Of a stretch of 32,000 nt of DNA, positions 8,530 through 16,572 are shown piece after piece. Below the pieces are notes generated by a model. It had not been told where the DNA came from, made no database searches, and saw only the letters and a program-made list of their open reading frames with translations. The translations under genes were made by a program, and so were the position numbers. This DNA comes from Methylorubrum extorquens (lineage in GTDB: Bacteria > Pseudomonadota > Alphaproteobacteria > Rhizobiales > Beijerinckiaceae): NCBI GenBank assembly GCA_900234795.1, contig LT962688.1:3930001-3962000 (forward strand), in the 5' to 3' direction. Within the stretch, counting starts at the first letter, position 1, and each line of letters begins with the position of its first letter.

Positions 8530-9240
8530 TTAGCGGGCGCCGGGAAGGCGCTGGGCGTGGGCGTAGTGCTGCTGGAGCACCGGCAGGGCCTGCTGGGCGT
8601 AGTTGCGCAGGGCCGGGTTCGGGCCGGACTGGGCGTAGGACTGCGCCATGCTGATCGACATCTGGTGCGCCATCACCTGCTGCTGCCCGTAGACACGGTC
8701 GAAGCGGGCGCCGGGCGGGGTGGCGTTCAGCTCGGCCAGCATCTGCTGCTGCTGCGGGTTCGGCGGCACCACGGTGGTGCCCGCGGTGCTGTCGACGTCG
8801 AAGGCCTGTGCGCCGGCGGCAGCGCCGCGGCTCAGACCGGTGCCGGCACCTTCGAGCGCGCCGACCGGGCCGCCCTGCAGGGTGCCGCCGACCACGCCGG
8901 TCGCGACGCCGGTGGCCGCACCGACCGCACCGCCGGCAATGGCGAGCGGAGCCTCGACCAGGCCGCCGACGAGACCGCCTGGGCCGGCCTGACGGGCGGC
9001 CATGTAGTTGCGCTCGCCGCCGGCCAGGGCGACGTTGGCGGCCTGATGGTCACGAAGCGCCTCACGGGCATAGGCCCGCACCGACGGGTTGCGGCTCTTC
9101 TGAAGCGCGATTTGGGCGGACTGGATCTCGAAGGCATTTGCCTGCATGGCGTCCAGGCGGAAATCGCCTCCGACCTGGGCGAAGGCGGGGGTCGCCATGG
9201 CGACGACGAGTGCGGACGCAGCAGCGTATTTCTTCAGCAT
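8530..9240 (-). CDS. Exported DUF4142-like protein with an internal Gly/Ala/Val-rich insert
   Basis: Start at MLKKYAAASALVVAMATPAFA (signal peptide). The flanking segments (AFEIQSAQIALQKSRNPSVRAYAREALRDHQ and FDRVYGQQQVMAHQMSISMAQSYAQSGPNPALRNYAQQALPVLQQH) resemble DUF4142 repeats. Confidence 0.65.
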   Translation of the reverse strand: MLKKYAAASALVVAMATPAFAQVGGDFRLDAMQANAFEIQSAQIALQKSRNPSVRAYAREALRDHQAANVALAGGERNYMAARQAGPGGLVGGLVEAPLAIAGGAVGAATGVATGVVGGTLQGGPVGALEGAGTGLSRGAAAGAQAFDVDSTAGTTVVPPNPQQQQMLAELNATPPGARFDRVYGQQQVMAHQMSISMAQSYAQSGPNPALRNYAQQALPVLQQHYAHAQRLPGAR

Positions 9241-9362
9241 ACCAAACCTCAAATATCGGATTTTCGACATACAAACTGGCCTCAGAAACCGGATGAAACG
9301 GTCAAGGCCGTGAAGATCACTTCGACGCGACAACGACGACCTTCCACGGTGGTTCCCGAAAT

Positions 9363-10511
9363 TTGAATAAGCTTTTTCATTCCGACCCCATCCGGGGAAA
9401 ACTGGTTCTGGTGCAAGGGCTACGGGCCCTGGCCGCGCTGATGGTGGTCGCTCACCACGCGCAGAACGAGGCTGCGGCCCTGGCCGGGCGGACGGGAACT
9501 GACTTTGTCGCGCGCCACGGTCTGCCCTGGCCGGCGGGCGTCGACATCTTCTTTGTCATCTCCGGCTTCATCATCGTCCACGCGGCGGCACCGCTCTACG
9601 GGCGCCCCGGAGCGCGGAGCCGCTTTGCCGCCCACCGCATCGCCCGCCTCGTCCCGCTCTATTGGTTGGTGACCGGGCTCTACCTTGCCGTCGGCCTCGC
9701 AGCGCCGGCTCTGCTCAGCGGCGAGGGCGGCGCGCCCGACGTCGCACGCATCCTCGCCTCGTTCCTGTTCTGGCCGATGGCCCGGCCCGACGGGGCGGTG
9801 CTGCCGCTCTACGGCCTGGGCTGGACCCTGAACTACGAGATGGCCTTCTACGCCCTCTTCGCCCTCGGCCTTGGCTTCTCGCGGCGCGGGGCGGTGGCGT
9901 GGCTCGCCGGCGCCCTGGTGCTCCTGGCTCTCTTCGGGCGGCTGATGCCCGCGCCACCGGTCCCCCTCGCCTTCTGGTCCGATCCGATCGTCCTCGAATT
10001 CGCGCTCGGCGCCGGGCTCGCGCTCCTGCGGGCCGAGGGGCTGCGCCTGGGTTCGCCGGTTCGGATCGCGCTCGCCGTGGCGGGACTGTTCGGGCTTGCC
10101 GCCAATGCAAACCTGTCCGCCGAGCCGTTTGCCCGCTTGCTCGGCTGGGGCCTGCCCGCCGCGTTCCTCGTGGCGGCGGCGGTCCTCGGCCGGGACCGGC
10201 CCGAGGCTGTGCGCGGCGGGATCGGCGCCTGGTTTCTCGGCGCGGCCGAGCGGCTGGGCGATGCCTCCTACGCCCTCTACCTGATCCATCCGTTCGTGCT
10301 GCGGGCGGTCCGCGAGGGGCTGCTGCGCACCGGCCTCGCGCCGCTGCTCGGACCCTGGCCGAGCCTCGTCGTGATGGTCGCGCTGACCCTGCCGGCCGCG
10401 CTCCTCGTCCACCGGTTGGTCGAGCGGCCTCTGACCCGCCTCGTCCGCCGCGGGCTCGACCCCACACCCGCCGTCGAGATGTCGAAAAGCGCCGTGACGC
10501 CCGAGAGATGA
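9363..10511 (+). CDS. Acyltransferase family 3 (OafA/YrhL-like) integral membrane protein
   Basis: 382-aa ORF with a TTG start, about 10 hydrophobic segments and the N-terminal motif GLRALAALMVVAHH typical of acyltransferase_3. Confidence 0.85.
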   Translation: MNKLFHSDPIRGKLVLVQGLRALAALMVVAHHAQNEAAALAGRTGTDFVARHGLPWPAGVDIFFVISGFIIVHAAAPLYGRPGARSRFAAHRIARLVPLYWLVTGLYLAVGLAAPALLSGEGGAPDVARILASFLFWPMARPDGAVLPLYGLGWTLNYEMAFYALFALGLGFSRRGAVAWLAGALVLLALFGRLMPAPPVPLAFWSDPIVLEFALGAGLALLRAEGLRLGSPVRIALAVAGLFGLAANANLSAEPFARLLGWGLPAAFLVAAAVLGRDRPEAVRGGIGAWFLGAAERLGDASYALYLIHPFVLRAVREGLLRTGLAPLLGPWPSLVVMVALTLPAALLVHRLVERPLTRLVRRGLDPTPAVEMSKSAVTPER

Positions 10512-10515
10512 GGCG

Positions 10516-10542
10516 GGGATGACAGCGGGATGACGACGTCAT
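10516..10542 (+). promoter_or_regulatory. Repeat and palindrome cluster upstream of the usp gene
   Basis: GGGATGAC is directly repeated at 10516-10523 and 10527-10534 (11-nt spacing). The second copy extends into the perfect palindrome ATGACG-A-CGTCAT at 10530-10542, which lies 83 nt upstream of the ATG at 10625. Confidence 0.3.
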
Positions 10543-10624
10543 GGGCGGTTTTCCCGAACCCCGTTTCGCACTAGCCTCCGGCCGTCACGTCCCTCTCATT
10601 CCTCGCACGCCGCGGAGGCCGGCC

Positions 10625-11488
10625 ATGAAGACCCTGCTCGTTCCGGTCACCCTCCACGACGCCCTGCCCTCCGTCTTCGCCACGGCGGTGCTGGTGGCGC
10701 GGCGCTTCGGCAGCCTGATCGAGGGCGTGGCCCTGCGCCCGGCGCTCGCCGAATACGTGCCCGTGGACATGGTCGGCGGCATGACGTGGCTGCGCGACGA
10801 GGAGGCCGACCAGGCCGAGGCGCAGGATGCGGGCCAGCGCTTCGTGGCGGCGATGGAGGCGGCTGGCCTGCCTCGGCGCGAGCCCGGCGCCTCCTGCGCC
10901 CCGGATGCGGTGGCCAATGCCGGCCCGCGCTACCGCTGGCAGCCCGACGTGCCGCCGGGCGATGCCTTCCTCGGCCAGTATGCGCGGCTGTTCTCGGCGA
11001 CCGTCGTCGGGCGCCCCGGTGCCGATGACGGGTCGCCGCGCATGACCACCTTCGAGACCGCCCTGTTCGAGAGCGGGCGCCCGATCCTGCTTGCGCCGCC
11101 GGTCGCGCCGGCCTGCCTCGGCGAGGCGGTCCTGATCGCCTGGAACGGCTCGACCGAGACGGCCAGAGCCCTCGCCTTCGCCATGCCCTTCCTGCGCCGC
11201 GCCCGGCGGGTGCTCGTGGTCAGCGCCGAGGGCGGCATGGTGCCGGGCCCGAGCGCGGAGGACGTGGCGCGCTCGCTCGCGTGCGAAGGCATCGAGGCCG
11301 CCCACAAGGCGCTGCCGGCCGGTCGCCGCACCCCTGGCGAACTCTACCTCGACACCGCAGAATCGTTCGGCTGCGACCTTCTGATCAAGGGCGCCTACAC
11401 CCAGAGCCGCCTGCGCCAGATGATCTTCGGCGGGCCGACCAGCCACATCCTGTCGCACGCGACCGTGCCGGTGCTGATGGCGCATTGA
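10625..11488 (+). CDS. Universal stress protein family protein (tandem Usp domains)
   Basis: From the internal ATG the product reads MKTLLVPV.... The C-terminal motif GAYTQSRLRQMIFGGPTSHILSHATVPVLMAH is typical of UspA-type domains. The length fits two domains. Confidence 0.85.
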   Translation: MKTLLVPVTLHDALPSVFATAVLVARRFGSLIEGVALRPALAEYVPVDMVGGMTWLRDEEADQAEAQDAGQRFVAAMEAAGLPRREPGASCAPDAVANAGPRYRWQPDVPPGDAFLGQYARLFSATVVGRPGADDGSPRMTTFETALFESGRPILLAPPVAPACLGEAVLIAWNGSTETARALAFAMPFLRRARRVLVVSAEGGMVPGPSAEDVARSLACEGIEAAHKALPAGRRTPGELYLDTAESFGCDLLIKGAYTQSRLRQMIFGGPTSHILSHATVPVLMAH

Positions 11489-11688
11489 GCCGCACGACCG
11501 GCGGCTTCAGAATTTGGCAGCCGAATTTTGCGTTTTCGGCGAAGGCGTTCGCTCGAATGTGCCCGGGCAGATGACGATCCCGTGGCGCCGCGAGGCCGGG
11601 CGCGACGAAGGCTCGTGTCGCATTCAATCGTGCCCGTCAGGAGTTGCCAGAATCCGGATCGGCGGCTAAAGTCCTGAAAAGCTTGAAG

Positions 11689-11705
11689 TTTTCAATCATT
11701 CTAAT
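11689..11705 (+). promoter_or_regulatory. Candidate iron control element (Irr box) upstream of bfd-bfr
   Basis: TTTTCAATCATTCTAAT matches 11 of the 14 defined positions of the Bradyrhizobium ICE consensus TTTAGAA-N3-TTCTAAA as I recall it. It lies 125 nt upstream of the bfd ATG. Confidence 0.4.
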
Positions 11706-11829
11706 CTGCGTTTGCCTCAAATCGGCCGGTTTCCGGTGGCCTTGAGCGGCGCGAATGATCGGAGGCTTCAGGCTGCGCGGCTCTCGCGGGCCGGGCTTCC
11801 CCGACAGGCACGACAGGTTGCGATCCCGC

Positions 11830-12120
11830 ATGATTGTCTGCTCTTGCAACGTCCTCTCCGACGGACAGGTGCGCGCGTGCCTGCAGCCGGGTCCGGGCTG
11901 TCCCCGCACCCCGGCCCAGGTCTATGGCTGTCTCGGCTGCAGTCCGAAATGTGGACGCTGTGCGCGCACCATCCGCTCGATCCTGCGCAACGCCTTGGAC
12001 GAAGCGCAGGCGCACACCGCCGCGCATGGCAGTGCACATGCCTGCTCGACGGCCTGTGAAGCGTCTTGCAGTTTGGGATCATTCCAAACTACAAGGGAGC
12101 CAGAGGGCGTCGCAGCCTGA
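11830..12120 (+). CDS. bfd: Bacterioferritin-associated ferredoxin (2Fe-2S) with an extended Cys/His-containing tail
   Basis: The product MIVCSCNVLSDGQVR...GCLGCSPKCGRCAR fits the Bfd pattern, and the gene sits immediately upstream of bfr. The start is set at the internal ATG at 11830. Confidence 0.85.
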   Translation: MIVCSCNVLSDGQVRACLQPGPGCPRTPAQVYGCLGCSPKCGRCARTIRSILRNALDEAQAHTAAHGSAHACSTACEASCSLGSFQTTREPEGVAA

Positions 12121-12160
12121 GACGATCATTCGTCCCGACGCCTCACGAGGAGAGAGGTGA

Positions 12161-12658
12161 ATGAAGGGCGACGCTAAGGTCATCGAGTATCTCAACCGCG
12201 GCTTGCGCAGCGAGCTGACGGCGGTCAGCCAGTACTGGCTGCACTTCCGCCTGCTGAACGATTGGGGCTACGTCGATCTCGCCAAATTCTGGCGCAAGGA
12301 ATCCATCGAAGAGATGAACCACGCGGATCGGTTCATCGACCGGATCCTGTTCCTCGACGGCTTTCCGAACCTGCAGGAACTCGATCCCCTGCGCATCGGC
12401 CAGAACGTTCAGGAGATCATCGAGTGCGACCTCGCCGCCGAGAACGAGGCGCGCTCGCTCTATCTCGAAGCCGCCAAGTACTGCGACTCGATCAATGACC
12501 GCGTCTCCAAGCGGCTGTTCGAGGATCTGGCCGAGGACGAGGAAGGCCATATCGACTTCCTCGAGACCCAGCTCGACCTGATCGGCCAGATCGGCCTGCC
12601 GCTCTACGCCCAGCGCCATGTCGGCGGCTTGGAGCAGATCGCGCCCGAGAAGGAGTAA
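12161..12658 (+). CDS. bfr: Bacterioferritin
   Basis: The product reads [37 protein letters not shown]...[18 protein letters not shown]...[12 protein letters not shown]. The ribosome-binding site is GGAGAGAGG. Confidence 0.95.
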   Translation: MKGDAKVIEYLNRGLRSELTAVSQYWLHFRLLNDWGYVDLAKFWRKESIEEMNHADRFIDRILFLDGFPNLQELDPLRIGQNVQEIIECDLAAENEARSLYLEAAKYCDSINDRVSKRLFEDLAEDEEGHIDFLETQLDLIGQIGLPLYAQRHVGGLEQIAPEKE

Positions 12659-12668
12659 TCCTTCTCTT

Positions 12669-12692
12669 CCCCTTCCCTCTCGTGGGGAGGGG
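12669..12692. terminator. Hairpin between convergent bfr and msrA (possible bidirectional terminator)
   Basis: 9-bp stem CCCCTTCCC / GGGGAGGGG (one G-U pair) with loop TCTCGT. There is no clear U-tract on either strand. Confidence 0.35.
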
Positions 12693-12703
12693 AGAAAGTC
12701 GCC

Positions 12704-13426
12704 TCAAGCCGGCGGGCGGCCCACCAGCACCGGCTGCGCGTTCGCCCGTTCGGGGAACAGCGCCTTCAGATCCCGCAGCTTCGGCGCGTCGTTGACGGCG
12801 ATGTAGCTGTTGGTCGGGTGAAGCGTCATGTAGTCCTGGTGATAGTCTTCCGCCGGGTAGAAGGCGCCGCTCTCGACCTTGGTAGCGATGGGCTTCGAGA
12901 AGACCTTCGTCCCGTCGAGCTGAGCGATATAGGCCTTGGCGACCGTGGCCTGCTCCGCATCCGTGGGGAACAGCGCCGAGCGGTATTGCGGGCCGGTATC
13001 GGGGCCCTGCCGGTTCACCTCGGTCGGGTCGAGCGCCACCGAGAAGAAGATCTGCAGCAGCTCGTCGTAGCGGACCAAAGCCGGATCGTAGGTGACCTGC
13101 ACCGCTTCCGCATGCGCGGTACGGCCGGTACCGACCTCGTCGTAGCGGGCGCTCGCCCGGGTGCCGCCGGCATAGCCCGAGACCGCGTTCGTCACGCCTT
13201 TCACGTGCTGGAACACGCCCTGCACGCCCCAGAAGCAGCCGCCCGCGAAGGTCGCCGTGCGCAGGCCCGACCCCTCCTTGGCGGTCATCGCCGCCTCGGG
13301 CAGGCGTTGCCCACCCTCCTCCGCAGAGGCGGGCGCCAGGGGCAGAGCCGCGCCGGCAAGCAGGGCGAGGCCAGCCAGGCCGCCGACAAGGCGGGATGTG
13401 CGGGGACGGAAGCGTTCGCGGGTCAT
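12704..13426 (-). CDS. msrA: Peptide-methionine (S)-S-oxide reductase, with N-terminal signal peptide
   Basis: The catalytic motif is GGCFWGVQG. The ATG at 13426 is preceded by AGGA. The N-terminus MTRERFRPRTSRLVGGLAGLALLAGAALPLAPASA looks like a cleavable signal. Confidence 0.9.
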   Translation of the reverse strand: MTRERFRPRTSRLVGGLAGLALLAGAALPLAPASAEEGGQRLPEAAMTAKEGSGLRTATFAGGCFWGVQGVFQHVKGVTNAVSGYAGGTRASARYDEVGTGRTAHAEAVQVTYDPALVRYDELLQIFFSVALDPTEVNRQGPDTGPQYRSALFPTDAEQATVAKAYIAQLDGTKVFSKPIATKVESGAFYPAEDYHQDYMTLHPTNSYIAVNDAPKLRDLKALFPERANAQPVLVGRPPA

Positions 13427-13517
13427 GATCCTGAATCCTTCCAAAGCATCATCCCGAAAGGTGGCCTCCGGCTTTCGGAGAAAAGATGATGCGAAAACAG
13501 AGGGCTAGACCATCGTC

Positions 13518-14021
13518 TCAGGCCGGGCCGTCGGCGGCGGGCTCGAAGCGCAGGGACACGCCGTTCATGCAGTAGCGCAGGCCGGTTGGCTTCGGGCCGT
13601 CCTCGAAGACGTGGCCGAGATGGCCGCCGCAGCGGCGGCAATGCACCTCCGTGCGCCGCATGCCGTAGGCGCTGTCGACCTGCGTGCCGACCGCGCCGGG
13701 CAGCGTTTCGAAGAAGCTCGGCCAGCCGGTGCCGCTCTCGAACTTGGTCTTCGACGAGAACAGCGGCAGGTCGCAGCCGGCGCAGACGAAGCGGCCCGGA
13801 CGCTTCTCGCCGTTGAGCGGGCTCGTATAGGCCCGCTCGGTGCCGTGCTCGCGCAGCACCTGGTAGGCGGCGGGAGAGAGCCGCGCGCGCCACTCGGCCT
13901 CGGATTTCTCGACCTCGAAGCCTGCTGCGGAGGCGGGGCCGGCCATCGCGGATGTCAGGCGGGAGGCCGCAAGGAGGCCCAGCAGCGAGGCTCCGGCACG
14001 CAAGGTCTGGCGGCGGTTCAT
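13518..14021 (-). CDS. msrB: Peptide-methionine (R)-S-oxide reductase, with twin-arginine signal
   Basis: It has two CxxC zinc motifs (CAGC, CRRC) and the catalytic RYCMNG. The N-terminus MNRRQTLRAGASLLGLLAASRLTSAMA is Tat-like. The start is the internal ATG at 14021. Confidence 0.9.
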   Translation of the reverse strand: MNRRQTLRAGASLLGLLAASRLTSAMAGPASAAGFEVEKSEAEWRARLSPAAYQVLREHGTERAYTSPLNGEKRPGRFVCAGCDLPLFSSKTKFESGTGWPSFFETLPGAVGTQVDSAYGMRRTEVHCRRCGGHLGHVFEDGPKPTGLRYCMNGVSLRFEPAADGPA

Positions 14022-14425
14022 GCGCGAGGACTCCGATGGGCTGCGGTCCGCCGGCTCCGAAGGAAGACGGGCTCCCCCGATGCCAGCGACGTGACGAGGA
14101 TGATCAATCGCGCGCAATCGATAGCACGAAACCGGTAGGGCCGCCGCGAAGACGAACCGCCGCAGGCCGGTCCGGTCTCGGCGCTACCGGCACAGCCTTG
14201 GCGAGTCTCTTCGCCCGGTTGTCCCGGATCCGCCCTCCGTGCCGCGTTGACGCTCGGGGATGCGCACATTACCTCCAATGATCAGCCGGCCAAGACAGGC
14301 TCCCAATCAGGCCCTCAAGCCATGCTCGCGGGTGCATCGTCTCACCCGCCCGCCCTCAAGATCGGCGGGACCGTCGGTGCCGGGCCGCTTGGGACCGGTT
14401 CCAGGGCCGGCACCCGGGACACGCG

Positions 14426-15643
14426 ATGGATTCCACCCTCACCCAGAACGCCGAGCGCGGCGCTGAGAGCGTCCAGCGGGACGATGCGCGCCGTGCGGTC
14501 TACGAGGCTTCGCCGGCATCCGACCCGCGCAGCCCGGTGATGCTGTTTTCCGCCGACGAACCGCTCGCGATGGATTCCGGCGCCCGCCTCGGCCCGTTCC
14601 AGATCGCCTACCAGACGGCCGGCACCCTCAACGCGGCGCGGTCCAACGCGGTGCTGATCTGCCACGCGCTCACCGGCGACCAGCATTTCGCGCAGCCCCA
14701 CCCCGTGACGGGCAAGCCCGGCTGGTGGGAGACGCTGGTCGGTCCGGGCAAGCCAGTCGATACCAACCGTTACTTCGTCGTCTGCTCGAACGTCATCGGC
14801 TCCTGCATGGGCTCGACCGGGCCCGCCTCGCTCAACCCCGAGACGGGGCGTCCCTACGGGCTCGACTTCCCGCTGGTAACAATCCGCGACATGGTCCGCG
14901 CGCAGGCGATGCTGCTCGACCGGCTCGGCATCTCCGACCTGTTCCTCTGTATCGGCGGCTCGATGGGCGGGATGCAGGTGCTACAATGGGCCTCGCTCTT
15001 CCCCGAGCGGGTGTTTGCCGCCATGCCCATCGCCACCGGCGCGCGGCACTCGGCCCAGAACATCGCCTTCCACGAGGTCGGCCGGCAGGCGATCATGGCC
15101 GATCCGGCCTGGGAAGAGGGCCGCTATCTCGAGGCCGGCACACGGCCGTCCAAGGGCCTCGGCGTCGCGCGGATGGGCGCGCACATTACCTACCTGTCCG
15201 AGCCGGCCTTGCACCGCAAGTTCGGCCGCCGCCTGCAGAACCGGGCGGCGCCGACCTTCTCCTTCAATGCCGACTTCCAGATCGAGAGCTATCTGCGCCA
15301 CCAGGGGCTCAGCTTCGTCGAGCGGTTCGACGCCAACGCCTACCTCTACCTGACGCGGGCGATGGACTATTTCGACCTCGCCGAGGACCATGGCGGCGTG
15401 CTCGGCAACGCCTTCCGCGGCTCGAAGACCCGCTTCTGCGTGATGTCCTTTACCTCGGACTGGCTGTTCCCGACCGCCGATTCCCGCGCCATCGTCCACG
15501 CGCTGAATGCGGTCGCCGCCCCCGTCGCCTTCGTCGAGGTGGAGAGCGACAAGGGCCACGACGCCTTCCTGCTCGACGAGCCGGCGATGTTCTCCGCCGC
15601 CAAGGGCTTCATCGACGCTGCCGCCCGGGCGCGAGGATTGTAG
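14426..15643 (+). CDS. metX: Homoserine O-acetyltransferase
   Basis: 405 aa. It has the alpha/beta-hydrolase nucleophile elbow GGSMGGMQ plus [11 protein letters not shown] and DWLFP motifs, and metW is immediately downstream. The start could be a later in-frame Met. Confidence 0.95.
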   Translation: MDSTLTQNAERGAESVQRDDARRAVYEASPASDPRSPVMLFSADEPLAMDSGARLGPFQIAYQTAGTLNAARSNAVLICHALTGDQHFAQPHPVTGKPGWWETLVGPGKPVDTNRYFVVCSNVIGSCMGSTGPASLNPETGRPYGLDFPLVTIRDMVRAQAMLLDRLGISDLFLCIGGSMGGMQVLQWASLFPERVFAAMPIATGARHSAQNIAFHEVGRQAIMADPAWEEGRYLEAGTRPSKGLGVARMGAHITYLSEPALHRKFGRRLQNRAAPTFSFNADFQIESYLRHQGLSFVERFDANAYLYLTRAMDYFDLAEDHGGVLGNAFRGSKTRFCVMSFTSDWLFPTADSRAIVHALNAVAAPVAFVEVESDKGHDAFLLDEPAMFSAAKGFIDAAARARGL

Positions 15644-15649
15644 AACACG

Positions 15650-16339
15650 ATGAGCGAGAGCTTCACCGATGCCGCCTCCGGCGTTCCCTGGGAGGCCGCC
15701 GAAGCGCTGCCCCGCGGCGAGGGCACGGCGCGCGTCGATCATATCGTCGTGCTCGGCCTCGTGCCGCCGGGCGCGCGCGTCCTCGACATCGGCTGCGGCG
15801 ACGGCTCGCTGCTGGCGCTCCTGCGCGACCGCCGCGGCGTCGATGGCCGCGGCATCGAATTGTCGCGCGAGGGCGTCAACGCCTGCCTCGCCCGCGGCCT
15901 GCCGGTGATCCAGGGCGACGCCGACACCGATCTCGCCAACTACCCCGACGACGCGTTCGACGTCGTGGTCCTGTCCCAGACGATCCAGGCGACCCGCAAC
16001 CCGCGCATCGTGCTGGAGCACCTTTTGCGGATCGGGCGGCAGGTCATCATCTCGTTCCCGAATTTCGGCCATTGGCGGGTGCGGGCCGAACTCGCCTTCC
16101 GCGGCCGGATGCCGGTCACCGAGATCATGCCGGAGACGTGGTACGAGACTCCCAACATCCACCACTGCACGATCCGCGACTTCGTCGGCCTGTGCCGGGA
16201 TGTCGGCGCCCGCATCGAGAAGGCCACCGCCCTCGACGCGCGGGGCCGGCCGATGCGCTTCTCGATGCCGTGGTGGTTCTGGAACCTGATCGGCGCGCAG
16301 GGCGTGTTCCTGCTGCGGCGCGGGGCCGGGCGGGGGTGA
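15650..16339 (+). CDS. metW: Methionine biosynthesis protein MetW
   Basis: 229 aa with the SAM-methyltransferase-like motif VLDIGCGDGSLL and the C-terminal WYETPNIHHCTIRDF typical of MetW. It starts 7 nt after metX ends. Confidence 0.95.
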   Translation: MSESFTDAASGVPWEAAEALPRGEGTARVDHIVVLGLVPPGARVLDIGCGDGSLLALLRDRRGVDGRGIELSREGVNACLARGLPVIQGDADTDLANYPDDAFDVVVLSQTIQATRNPRIVLEHLLRIGRQVIISFPNFGHWRVRAELAFRGRMPVTEIMPETWYETPNIHHCTIRDFVGLCRDVGARIEKATALDARGRPMRFSMPWWFWNLIGAQGVFLLRRGAGRG

Positions 16340-16356
16340 GACCTTCGCCCCGGCGA

Positions 16357-16569
16357 ATGGTGATCCTCTGGCCGCCGGGCAGCTAGAAATCGACCCTGGC
16401 TTGGCAACTCGGCGCCCGGCACGGCCTGCCGGTGTTCCCTCTCGACCGCGCCTATTGGCGATCCGGCTGGATCGAGGCCGAGCCCGCCGCCTTCCGCGCC
16501 TGGGTCATCGACGGCAACGATACGGGTACGATCGCGCCTCGGTTCGCGCGCGCCGACACGGTCGGCTGA
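16357..16569 (+). pseudogene. Relic of a P-loop NTPase (adenylate-kinase-like or topology-modulation-type) with an in-frame TAG inside Walker A
   Basis: A single frame reads MVILWPPGS*KSTLAWQLGARHGLPVFPLDRAYWRSGWIEAEPAAFRAWVIDGNDTGTIAPRFARADTVG*. WPPGS*KST sits where GxxGSGKST is expected (TAG at 16384-16386). The remaining length is far shorter than intact family members. Confidence 0.55.
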
Positions 16570-16572
16570 TTT

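Noticed and set aside
14118-14425. Possible SAM-II (or other SAM) riboswitch in the approximately 300-nt leader upstream of metX
   Set aside because: SAM-II elements commonly precede metX or metA in alphaproteobacteria. However, I could not find the conserved AAAGC/GCUU pseudoknot elements or any convincing compact fold by eye. A cmsearch would be needed to overturn this.
14725-16386. 553-aa plus-strand ORF spanning metX and metW
   Set aside because: It is out of frame with two well-supported genes (metX, metW). Its composition (Arg/Pro/Gly-rich) is non-protein-like. Only its last 9 codons coincide with the pseudogene fragment reported separately.
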